From an uncultured Planctomycetaceae bacterium (GTDB taxonomy: Bacteria; Planctomycetota; Planctomycetia; Pirellulales; UBA1268): 41,958 nucleotides of DNA. The stretch covers positions 1-41,958 of the forward strand of contig CAIWZS010000033.1 of the NCBI GenBank assembly GCA_903917235.1, given 5' to 3'. The position numbers and the translations under genes were made by a program. How positions within the stretch are numbered: the stretch's first letter is position 1; each line of letters starts with the position of its first letter. The notes below the pieces were generated by a model. The model worked only from the letters and a program-made list of their open reading frames with translations. It was not told the DNA's origin and made no database searches. Shown piece after piece: positions 10,058 to 18,477 of the stretch.

Positions 10058-10244
10058 GACGACGGGCTCCTGGAGTGGTCGGGCACGGGCGGTCGTCCCT
10101 GTCGACGACGCGTTGGCGAACGGGCATGATGGTGGAGGCCGCATCGCTGCGGAAGGGCCGCTCGACGTTTCGCGTGCCGGCCCGCGGTGATCGTGGTCGC
10201 GTCACGGAGGTCCCCGTCCCGGGCCTCACGGAGCCCCGGCCACG

Positions 10245-10487
10245 ATGACCCGCGACACCGGACGACGAGGCCACCGCACCCCGCTGCCGACGAAGCCCTG
10301 CGCCGCCTGCGGCCGCCCGTTCGCGTGGCGACGGAAGTGGGCCGCCTGCTGGGACCAGGTCAGGTTCTGCAGCGACCGCTGCCGCATCACGGCACGGAAG
10401 GAGAGGCGGGCGTCGGCATCCCGCCCGGCGTCGGCAGCCCCTCGTCCTCGATCGGCCGGCCGAACTGGTCGCGGGCGACCGGCGTGA
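10245..10487 (+). CDS. DUF2256 domain-containing small Cys-rich protein
   Basis: LPTKPCAACGRPFAWRRKWAACWDQVRFCSDRCR matches the DUF2256 pattern. Confidence 0.85.
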   Translation: MTRDTGRRGHRTPLPTKPCAACGRPFAWRRKWAACWDQVRFCSDRCRITARKERRASASRPASAAPRPRSAGRTGRGRPA

Positions 10488-11355
10488 ACCACCGCGGGAC
10501 GATCGGCAGATCGGCCTCCTTCCAGAGCGACTCCATGCGCTCGCCCGTGAGCCGCACGATCCGTTCTCGGCTCCGACCGGCGAGCGTGGTCCGGTCGGCC
10601 CAGGGCGTCACCGGGCCGTCGAACCCGGCCGTCCGCGCGTGACGCAGCACCGCCGCGCAGGATACCGCCCCGGTCTCCCCAGGAATGAGCCGCTGCTCGC
10701 GCGTGAGCGAGGCGGCCGGGACGTCGCGCGGCGCGTCGGACACCCGCACCTCGATGATCCTGCCCGCGGGCGTGCGTTCGATGATGCTGGGTGATTCACC
10801 CGTGACGTGGAGCGCCCAGGCATCGACGACCGCGCCGACGCGTTCGTGGGCCACCGCCACCAGGCCGAGCAACGCCTCGTAGGTGTGGATGAAGCCGTGG
10901 GCACGGCCCTCCCGCGCCGCCTCCTCGGGGTTGATCGCGAGTCCCAGCCGGATGCCGTGACCGGCGAGCAGGTCGCCGATCGTGTGCAGCCGCGTGCGAT
11001 GGAGCTCGAAAAAATCCTTGAAGGTGTGTTCGTCGGAAGCCGCCGCGATGGAGGTGACCATCCGCGGACACTCGGCCGCGGCGGCGAGCTCGAGCTGCGG
11101 CGGCAGCGACGCGAGGCCGCGATCGAACTCCTCCTTCGACGCGTCCAGCCGGAAGGGCAGGTGAAACACGCCGCTCGCGAGCCGGGCGCTGACCATCAGC
11201 CGCCGCGCGTGCGTCACCCCGTAGACATCGGCCTGCTGCTGGAAGTCGACGATGTCGATGTCCATCGAGTCGAACCCGAACGAGAGGGCCAATTCGATGA
11301 GCTCGCTCGGCCGGCCGGAGAGCGGCAGGCCGATGGTGCTGAGGTTGCGGAACAT
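10387..11355 (-). CDS. Xylose isomerase-like TIM barrel (sugar-phosphate isomerase/epimerase family), metal ligands degenerate
   Basis: ELIELALSFGFDSMDI, VVDAW, VRVSD, RLIPGETG, GFDGPV; GGAGGA RBS before ATG 11355. Confidence 0.8.
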   Translation of the reverse strand: MFRNLSTIGLPLSGRPSELIELALSFGFDSMDIDIVDFQQQADVYGVTHARRLMVSARLASGVFHLPFRLDASKEEFDRGLASLPPQLELAAAAECPRMVTSIAAASDEHTFKDFFELHRTRLHTIGDLLAGHGIRLGLAINPEEAAREGRAHGFIHTYEALLGLVAVAHERVGAVVDAWALHVTGESPSIIERTPAGRIIEVRVSDAPRDVPAASLTREQRLIPGETGAVSCAAVLRHARTAGFDGPVTPWADRTTLAGRSRERIVRLTGERMESLWKEADLPIVPRWFTPVARDQFGRPIEDEGLPTPGGMPTPASPSVP

Positions 11356-11507
11356 CCGGGGCGATCCTCCAGGGCGACGGGCGGAAGGGCGACAGTATGC
11401 CCAAGGACGTCGCCGCACAGAAGCCCCGGCCGGGCACCTCCGCGTGTCCGGGCCTCGACCGCGCGTCGGGCCCGCTGCTTCCGCCGATCAGGGGCTACAG
11501 TGGCGTG

Positions 11508-12560
11508 ATGACGTCCACCCCCGTCGCCGATCATCCCGCCAGGCCTCGCAGACGCCTGGTCGCCCTCGGCGCGGGGCTCGTCGCGGCGACGACGGCCGCG
11601 GGCTGGGTGGGCGCTTGGCTCGCGCCGGCGGGGAGCGTCATCGGCTGGCTCTGCGACCTGACGACGCACTTCCGCGTCTATACGGCGCTCGCCGCCGTCG
11701 TGGGCCTGGTCGTCGCGTTCCGTCACGGCGGAATCGCGGCACGGCTCACGCTCGGCACCGTGGCCGCGGTTCATGCCGTCGAACTGCTCCCGGCGTGGCT
11801 GCCCGGAGCGACCGCCGGCGCGGAACGGCGAGACGGCGCGGTGATCGACGTCGTCTGCCTCAACGTGCGGTACAGCAACCGCGACACGGAACGCGTGCTG
11901 GCCTACCTGCGGTCGACGCGCGCCGACGTCGTGGCGGTCGTCGAGGTCGACGGCGTGTGGGCCGACGCGATCGCCTCGCTCGGCGGCGACTACCCGTTCG
12001 CCCACGTGAAGCGGGGCGACTCCTACGAGGGAATCGCCCTCCTGTCGCGCTGGCCGCTCCGCGATGCGGAGGTCGTCGACTTCGGCACCCGCGGTATGCC
12101 GAGCATCGTGGCGACGGTGATCACCCCCGCCGCCGAGATCACCGTGATCGCGACGCATCCGCGGCCACCGATGGGGCCCGCGCTCGACGGGGAGCTGCGC
12201 CATCATCTCCGCGAGGTCGGCAGGAGGGCCGCCGCGAGCTTGTCTCCGTGCCTCGTGGTCGGTGATCTCAATGCGACCCCGTGGTGCGAGGCGTTCCGCG
12301 GGCTCGTGGCCACGGGCCGGCTGCGTGACTCCGCGGCGGGCAGGGGCATCCAGAACACGTGGAACGCGAGGCTCTGGGTCCCGCGGATCCCCATCGACCA
12401 CATCCTCGTGTCGCCCGACGTCACCGTGCTCGACCGGCGCGTCGGGCCCGATGTCGGGTCGGATCACTTCCCGGTCGAGGCGCGGCTGGTCGTTCCGTCA
12501 CGTCAGCGGGATGGCGCCACGTCCGCGAGGTCGATGCCGAGACGCTTGAGCTTCTTGTAG
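11508..12560 (+). CDS. Membrane-anchored endonuclease/exonuclease/phosphatase (EEP) family protein
   Basis: Three N-terminal TM segments, then CLNV, AVVEV, GIALLSRWP, VGDLNATPW, IDHILVS, GSDHFPV; start 11508 (or 11505) follows -10-like TACAGT. Confidence 0.9.
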   Translation: MTSTPVADHPARPRRRLVALGAGLVAATTAAGWVGAWLAPAGSVIGWLCDLTTHFRVYTALAAVVGLVVAFRHGGIAARLTLGTVAAVHAVELLPAWLPGATAGAERRDGAVIDVVCLNVRYSNRDTERVLAYLRSTRADVVAVVEVDGVWADAIASLGGDYPFAHVKRGDSYEGIALLSRWPLRDAEVVDFGTRGMPSIVATVITPAAEITVIATHPRPPMGPALDGELRHHLREVGRRAAASLSPCLVVGDLNATPWCEAFRGLVATGRLRDSAAGRGIQNTWNARLWVPRIPIDHILVSPDVTVLDRRVGPDVGSDHFPVEARLVVPSRQRDGATSARSMPRRLSFL

Positions 12561-13894
12561 AGCGTCGTGCGGTTGATGCCGAGGGACCGGGCGGCCGTGT
12601 CGCGCCGCCACCCCGCGTTCTCGAGCGCGTCGAGAATCAGCCGTCGTTCCGGGCCGGCGAGGTCGTGCTTGAGTCCGCAGCGATGCGTCGCAGGGGTTGC
12701 AGGGATCGACCCGGACGCGACCGTGGACGGCAGGTCGGGCAGGTCGACGACCGCGTCGCGTCCGAGCAGCACGGCCCGCTCGACCGCATGCTCGAGTTCG
12801 CGGACGTTCCCGGGCCACCGGTGCGCCCGCAGGGCCTCGATCGCCCGGGGCGTGAAACCCTCGACGCGTCGCCCCGCACGGGCGGCGGCCGCCGTGAGGA
12901 AGTGCGCGGCGAGCGCGGGAATGTCGTCGGCCCGTTCCCGCAGCGGCGGCATCGCGATCGTGACCACGGCGATCCGCCAGAAGAGGTCGGCCCTGAAGCG
13001 TCCGGAGGCGACGAGCGCGGCGAGGTCGTCGTTGGTGGCGAGGATCACGCGGGCGTCGATCGTGATGGTGTCCCGGCCTCCGAGCGGTTCGAACTGCCGC
13101 TCCTGCAGCACGCGCAGCAGCTTCACCTGCATCGCGGGGGACGCCGTCGTGATCTCGTCGAGAAAGATCGTGCCGCCGTCGGCCAGCAGAAAGCGACCGT
13201 CACGGCGGGCCGTCGCGCCGGTGAAGGCGCCGGGCACGTGCCCGAAGAGCTCGCTGTCGAGCAGCGATTCAGCCAGGCTGCCGCAGGCCACGTCGACGAA
13301 TCGGCCCGCGCGGCCGCTCGCCGCATGGATGTGCCGGGCCAGGAGCGACTTGCCCGTGCCGCTCTCGCCCGTGATCAGCACGGTGGCGGGCGTCGCGGCG
13401 ATGCGCGCGGCCACGTCGAGCGCGTGCCGCATGGTCGGGTGGTCGCCGAGCAGGTCGCGCGGCTGCGTCTTGGGCGCGGGGCCTGCGGCGCCGCGCATGT
13501 GGGCCATGCGGGACGCCGAGGCGAGGGCTGCGAGGAGATCCTCGTCGCGGTGCGGCTTGACCAGGGTGCCGTCGGCGGGCTGGAGACGTGCGAGGTCGTG
13601 CGGCGAGGTTGGCAGGCACATGATGAGCGCGGCGCGCGGGGCGTGGGCACGCAGCGCGACTGTCACGCGAGCGGCCCCGTCGTCGGGCAGGATCGCGTCC
13701 ACGATGCAGACGTCGTAGGCGACCCGGCCGATCATGCGCACCGCCTCGGAAGCGCTCCCCGCCGCAGAGGCATGGTGCCCCAGGCCGCAGAGCCACTCGG
13801 CGAGGCTCGATGCAAGCCGCCGGTCCGTGTCGACGACGAGGATGCGCCAGCGGTCTGCCGCAGGGCTCGGGCTGGTGCACGGATCGTGAGGCAT
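12503..13894 (-). CDS. Sigma54-dependent response regulator (NtrC family: receiver-AAA+-Fis HTH)
   Basis: Receiver (ILVVD..CIVDAILP..LVKP), ITGESGTGKS, ELFGHVPGAFTGA, IFLDEI, QVKLLRVLQE, RFRADLFWRI, WPGNVRELEH, LGINRTTLYKKL. Confidence 0.95.
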   Translation of the reverse strand: MPHDPCTSPSPAADRWRILVVDTDRRLASSLAEWLCGLGHHASAAGSASEAVRMIGRVAYDVCIVDAILPDDGAARVTVALRAHAPRAALIMCLPTSPHDLARLQPADGTLVKPHRDEDLLAALASASRMAHMRGAAGPAPKTQPRDLLGDHPTMRHALDVAARIAATPATVLITGESGTGKSLLARHIHAASGRAGRFVDVACGSLAESLLDSELFGHVPGAFTGATARRDGRFLLADGGTIFLDEITTASPAMQVKLLRVLQERQFEPLGGRDTITIDARVILATNDDLAALVASGRFRADLFWRIAVVTIAMPPLRERADDIPALAAHFLTAAAARAGRRVEGFTPRAIEALRAHRWPGNVRELEHAVERAVLLGRDAVVDLPDLPSTVASGSIPATPATHRCGLKHDLAGPERRLILDALENAGWRRDTAARSLGINRTTLYKKLKRLGIDLADVAPSR

Positions 13895-14260
13895 GCGTCA
13901 TCTCGCGGTGGGTGGATGGGCCGGGATCGGGGCGTGGGGACCGGGTGACGGCGCGTCGCCCTGCATCAACACGTAGGTCGCCATCGGGCGACAGGCGCGA
14001 GACCCGCGCCGGTAGTTGCCGACCATGCCGGCGGATGTGAGCCGTACGATCGCGGCAACCCGCCTCACCCGTACGACCCGCACCCGCGGATACGGGGCAG
14101 CGAGATGTGGATCCTCCTTTGTTGGGGCACCCGCTCCGCGTGGCTCGGGGACGCGCAACGCGTCCCGGAGACGCTCGCTGCGGTATGCGTACAATCTCGA
14201 CCCGCACGATTCGGCCGCGTTCCCGCCCCTTGGCGACTCGTCTGACAGCCCCGGACGCCC

Positions 14261-17200
14261 GTGATGCCCAGCTCCGTCAGCCACGCGTCCCGCTGGTCCG
14301 TCGCCTCGGCGTCCCCGGCACCTCCCGCCTCGCTCGTCGGGCTGCTCGCGACCCGGCTTGCCGACGCGCCGGGCCGGCGCGCGATCGTCGATGCCCTTGC
14401 CGCCGCCGACGAGCACGCGGCGTGGAGCTGGGCCGAGCTCGTGGCGGCGGCGCTCGAGTGTCGGGACGGTCTCGTCGGCGCCGGTCTCGAATCGGGTGAC
14501 CGCATCGTCCACGTGGGTCCGCATGGCCCGGATTGGCTCGTGGTCGACCTCGCGTGCCTGCTGGGAGGGTTCGTGCATGCGGCCCTGCACATCGACGCGC
14601 CGCCACGGGAGCAGGAGAGGCTCACCGAGTGGCTGCGTCCGCGGGCGGTCATCACGAGTGGCGGTGCGAGCATCCTGGCGCGGCGCGGCCCCGCACTCGC
14701 CTCGTCGGGCGGGGAAAGCGTCTCCTCGGGCCTGCGCGGGGGCAGGTGGCGCGACCGGGCTGCGGACCTGCCCCGGCTCGCCGCGGAGGTCGAGGCACTC
14801 GCCACGGCGGTGGATCCCGATGCGTGCTGCACGATCCTGCTTTCGTCGGGAACGACGGGCCATCCTCACGGCGTGCTCCATTCGCAGCGGGCGCTCGCCG
14901 TCAATGCAGCCGCGGTGGCGGAGACGTTCCTCGACGACCCGCGTGACGTGCGGCTCGCCTGGCTGCCGATGAGTCACGCCCTGGCCCGCACCGGCGATCT
15001 CTACACGGCGCTGGTGCGCGGCGGCTGCCTGGCGATCGTGGGAGACCGTACGCGGCTCATCGACGCCTGTCGCGCGCAGGAACCGACGGTGATCCTCGGG
15101 GTGCCCGCGTTCTTCGAGCGACTGGAGGGGGCGTCGCGCGCGGGGCGGCTGCCCGATCTCGCCGCCGCGCTCGGGGGGCGCGTGCGGGTGTGCGTCTCCG
15201 GAGCGGCACCGCTGCGCCGACGCACGGCCGACTTCTTCGCGTCGCACGGGGTGCCGCTCGTGGAGGGATATGGACTGGCGGAGGCGGGACCGGTCGTCGC
15301 GGTGTCGAATCCGCGGATTCGGCGGCCGGGCACGGTCGGCCCCCCGCTGCCGGGAATCGAGGTGCAGCTCGATCAGCGGCCGGAGACCTCGGGGCAGTTG
15401 CTCGTGCGGACGCCGGCCCGCGCGATCGGCGTGCTGGCCGCGGACGCGACCGACGCCACGCCGCCCACCGCCGACTGGCTCGAGACCGGCGACGTGGCCG
15501 AGATCGACGAGCAGGGGCATCTGCGCATCGTCGGCCGCCTGCGGGACACGCTGGTGCTCGCCACCGGCGTGAAGGTGCCGCCGGCCGACGTGGAGCGGGT
15601 GCTCGCGGAGGACGAGGTGGTCGCCCAGGTGTGCGTGGTCGGTGACGGGCTGCCATGGCCCGTGGCGCTCGTCGTTCCCGAGCCGGCCGTCCTGCGGGCG
15701 ACCATGTCCCGATTGGGGGTGCGGGTGCTCAGTCGACGCGCCGCGCTCACCCACCCTCGCGTGCTCGCGTGGATGGGGCGGCGCCTCGCCTCCCGACAGG
15801 CCGGGCTGCCGAAGGCGTGGCAGGTGCGACGTGTCATCCTCGTCGGTCGGGCCTTCGATGCGGCGCACGGCGAGGCGACCGAGTCGCTCAAGCTCAAGCG
15901 GGCGGAGATCGTGCGACACTTTCGCAGGCAGGTGGAGGCTGCCGCGGCCGACGAATCGGCGCTCGGCGTCGGGGTGGTGCCGGGCGGATCGAACGCCGCC
16001 GCGGCGTCCGCCGGCGCCGTGAGCCTCCATGCTGGCGGCGTGGTGACGGCCCTGTGGCACGGCGGCGATGGGGGATTCACCGCGGCCGCGAACGCCGCAT
16101 CACGACCGCTGTCCGCCGGCGTGGTCGGGGTTCTCGAGCGGTCGTGCGCGACGCTCGCGCACCTGCGGGCCCACGGCAGGCTCTACGAGCCGCTCGAGGA
16201 GGCCGGCTCGGTGCCCCCTCTCGCCGACGCGCCGCCTCCACGGGTGGGACGGTTTTCGAGGGATGCCGAGGACGCGCTCGGCGAGGCCGGTTTGTGGGGG
16301 CTGTTCGTTCCGCCGGCGAATGGCGGGACCGGGGCCACGGTCGCGGAACTCGCCAGGGCGATCACGATGCTGGCGGCGGACTGCCCGACCGCCGCGGGGA
16401 TGCTCGCCGTCCACTCCGCGATCGGCGCGGTGTCGGCGTTGGTCGCGTTCGGCACGCCCGAGCAGCAGGCACGGCACCTGCCCGCACTCGCCGCGGGACG
16501 CCCACTTTCGATCTTCGGTGGCACCGAGCCCGATGCCGGCTGTGACCTCGGCGCCATCCGTGCGTCGCTCACGCGCGACGGCAACCGCCTGCGACTGACG
16601 GGCACGAAGATGTTCATCACCGGGGCGACGCACGGCCGTCTCGTGAAGGTTCTCGCGAATCTCGATGGCAGACCCGCGGTCGTGCTGGCTCGGCTGCCCG
16701 ATCGCGACACGCCGACCTTCAGGCTCCGCACCTACGAGATTCATCCACTGAAGCACGCGTACAATGCGGCGCTCGAGTTCGAGGGTTTCGAGATCGACCC
16801 CACCGATCTGCTCGCGGCGGGCGCCGGTCGCGAGGGGATGGCCATCGTCTGGCACGGACTCAACCGTGGTCGCGTGACGCTCGCGGCGCAGGCGGGGGGC
16901 ACGCTGCGGCTCATGCTCGCTCACGCGGTCGCGCATGCCGGGCGCCGTCATACCTGGGGCCGGGCGATCGCGTCGCGACAGCTCGTCCAGGGCCGGCTCG
17001 CCAGAATCGCCGCCGCGATCGAGGCGTGTGATGCGGTCGCCCAGTGGGCGGCCGCGGTGATCGACTCGGGCGCGGCAGGTGAGCTGGAGGCGATCGTGGC
17101 GAAGACCGTGGCGAGCGGCTGCGTGCGCGATGCGGCACTCGATGCGCTGGGGGTGCATGGCGGTCGCGCCTTCCTCGTGGGGCATCCGCTCGGCGACTCG

Positions 17201-17734
17201 CTGCATGACCACCTCGCCGTCGGCATCTACGAGGGTGAGAGCGACCTCCTCGGGCTCGCCCTGTTCAAGGGGCTCGCCCGCCGGCATCCGCTGGCCGACT
17301 CGGGAGCCCGCGGCTGGCGTCGGGCGGGGGCGTGGCTGGCGTGGCAGGTCGCTCGCTGGGCCGCCGCCCGTCCCGATCACGCCCCCCTGTTCGATCGCCG
17401 CCTGCGCGGGCACGCGCGGGAGGCGCATCGGGTGCTCCGCCGGGCCGCGCATGCGATCGACCGGGCGGTCCGGAGGCACGGCCGATCGCTTGCGGAGCGG
17501 CAACTCGAGGTCGGCAGCATGGCCGCCACCGTGCGGGAGAGCGTCGCCGTGATGGCGACCGCGTGGCACGCGGATGCGACCGGCTGTCCGCGCCGCGCCG
17601 ATGCGGCCGATGTGTGGTGCCGGCTCGCGCTCGCGAGGGCCGCGGGCAGGCTGCCCTCGGCGGCAGACCTCGAGGCGGTGGCGTCGCTCGGGGCCCGCGT
17701 TGCGATGGAGCCGGCGGAGCGGACCGAGGCTTGA
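14261..17734 (+). CDS. Fusion of long-chain acyl-CoA ligase (AMP-binding) and acyl-CoA dehydrogenase domains
   Basis: Single 1157-aa frame. N-half: LSSGTTGHPHG, LPMSHA, GYGLAEAGP, TGDVA, GRLRD, TESLKLKR. C-half: GGTEPDAGCD, LTGTKMFITG, LNRGR, RQLVQGRLA, GIYEGESDLL, ERQLEV. Confidence 0.88.
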   Translation: MMPSSVSHASRWSVASASPAPPASLVGLLATRLADAPGRRAIVDALAAADEHAAWSWAELVAAALECRDGLVGAGLESGDRIVHVGPHGPDWLVVDLACLLGGFVHAALHIDAPPREQERLTEWLRPRAVITSGGASILARRGPALASSGGESVSSGLRGGRWRDRAADLPRLAAEVEALATAVDPDACCTILLSSGTTGHPHGVLHSQRALAVNAAAVAETFLDDPRDVRLAWLPMSHALARTGDLYTALVRGGCLAIVGDRTRLIDACRAQEPTVILGVPAFFERLEGASRAGRLPDLAAALGGRVRVCVSGAAPLRRRTADFFASHGVPLVEGYGLAEAGPVVAVSNPRIRRPGTVGPPLPGIEVQLDQRPETSGQLLVRTPARAIGVLAADATDATPPTADWLETGDVAEIDEQGHLRIVGRLRDTLVLATGVKVPPADVERVLAEDEVVAQVCVVGDGLPWPVALVVPEPAVLRATMSRLGVRVLSRRAALTHPRVLAWMGRRLASRQAGLPKAWQVRRVILVGRAFDAAHGEATESLKLKRAEIVRHFRRQVEAAAADESALGVGVVPGGSNAAAASAGAVSLHAGGVVTALWHGGDGGFTAAANAASRPLSAGVVGVLERSCATLAHLRAHGRLYEPLEEAGSVPPLADAPPPRVGRFSRDAEDALGEAGLWGLFVPPANGGTGATVAELARAITMLAADCPTAAGMLAVHSAIGAVSALVAFGTPEQQARHLPALAAGRPLSIFGGTEPDAGCDLGAIRASLTRDGNRLRLTGTKMFITGATHGRLVKVLANLDGRPAVVLARLPDRDTPTFRLRTYEIHPLKHAYNAALEFEGFEIDPTDLLAAGAGREGMAIVWHGLNRGRVTLAAQAGGTLRLMLAHAVAHAGRRHTWGRAIASRQLVQGRLARIAAAIEACDAVAQWAAAVIDSGAAGELEAIVAKTVASGCVRDAALDALGVHGGRAFLVGHPLGDSLHDHLAVGIYEGESDLLGLALFKGLARRHPLADSGARGWRRAGAWLAWQVARWAAARPDHAPLFDRRLRGHAREAHRVLRRAAHAIDRAVRRHGRSLAERQLEVGSMAATVRESVAVMATAWHADATGCPRRADAADVWCRLALARAAGRLPSAADLEAVASLGARVAMEPAERTEA

Positions 17735-17759
17735 CGACCCCGGGCCGACGCGCTATCCT
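17731..17759 (+). promoter_or_regulatory. Sigma70-type promoter for the 17883 gene
   Basis: TTGACG (17731-17736) - 17 nt - TATCCT (17754-17759), overlapping the upstream TGA stop. Confidence 0.7.
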
Positions 17760-17792
17760 TTGCGTACGCAGTGCGCATGCATTGCGTGACGG
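17760..17792. repeat. Three 11-bp-period imperfect repeats including palindrome TGCGTACGCA; candidate operator
   Basis: TTGCGTACGCA GTGCGCATGCA TTGCGTGACGG immediately after the -10 element. Confidence 0.55.
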
Positions 17793-17882
17793 AAGGGGGC
17801 CGGCTGCGGTCTCCCCAGGGTGGCGTGGCGATCTCCGCCGGCCGCCGCCGTCACTCGAATCGCCAACGGACAGGAGGGCTCG

Positions 17883-18335
17883 ATGCCGTTTCTCATGGTC
17901 AATCTCGACGATCCCGCCGACTGCCGGCGGGCGATGCAGCAGCTGCGTGGGCGCGTCGTGGGCGCCCAGCGGATGACGGGGCCGTGCCGCGGAGGCCCGG
18001 GTGCGGGAGTGCCTCGGGCCGCGGGACGGTTGCCCCTCGGCCAACAGCTGCGTCGCATCCGGCACCGCGGCCTCTGGCCGCATCTTGTCCGCATCGCCCG
18101 GGCCTCGGCTGAGCCGCGTTCGCTCATGGAGTGGGACGAGGCCCTCGGGCTCCCGGCGAACAAGATGCGGTCGCTGAAGGCGATCATGGCCAAGCTCGAA
18201 AACCGGTTCGGGCTCCGGTTCCTGCAGCCGGCGACGGACGGGAGCGTCGATGCGGTCGGCAATCCACGGTATGAGATGGTGCCGCGCGTGCGTCGGGTCG
18301 TGCTCAGGCTCGCGGCCGAAGAGGCCGGCGGCTGA
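17883..18335 (+). CDS. Hypothetical 150-aa basic protein, possible winged-helix DNA-binding protein
   Basis: CAGGAGG RBS before ATG 17883; helical segment SLMEWDEALGLPANKMRSLKAIMAKLENRFG followed by a beta-like segment, suggestive of HTH plus wing (inference). Confidence 0.65.
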   Translation: MPFLMVNLDDPADCRRAMQQLRGRVVGAQRMTGPCRGGPGAGVPRAAGRLPLGQQLRRIRHRGLWPHLVRIARASAEPRSLMEWDEALGLPANKMRSLKAIMAKLENRFGLRFLQPATDGSVDAVGNPRYEMVPRVRRVVLRLAAEEAGG

Positions 18336-18477
18336 GTTCCCGAGGCGGGACGACCGTCGGAATCCGGGTCGGCGGGGCCCGCTGCTCGGCGGATGCAACC
18401 TTGGCGGGGCCACGTCCGTTGAAAGGGTACAATCCGTGGGATTTTCCGGTTCATTTCCTCGTGCAGAAAGGTGTCGC

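Noticed and set aside
14109-14120. GGATCCTCCTTT resembling the 16S rRNA 3' end, or a strong SD on the minus strand
   Set aside because: No rRNA context and no start codon at SD distance; the similar orphan GGAGGAGGAG at 4147-4156 also lacks a start codon.
14125-14140. Possible sigma54 -24/-12 promoter GGGCACCCGCTCCGCG
   Set aside because: GG-N10-GC spacing is right but the upstream T and the TT of TTGC are missing; too weak in GC-rich DNA.
13898-16060. 720-aa minus-strand ORF and other long antisense or alternate-frame ORFs (e.g. 944-2347, 25345-26934, 33393-35450, 37310-39367, 40006-41793)
   Set aside because: Shadow frames of motif-supported genes; Arg/Pro/Gly-rich with no recognisable motifs, as expected from stop-codon scarcity at high GC.
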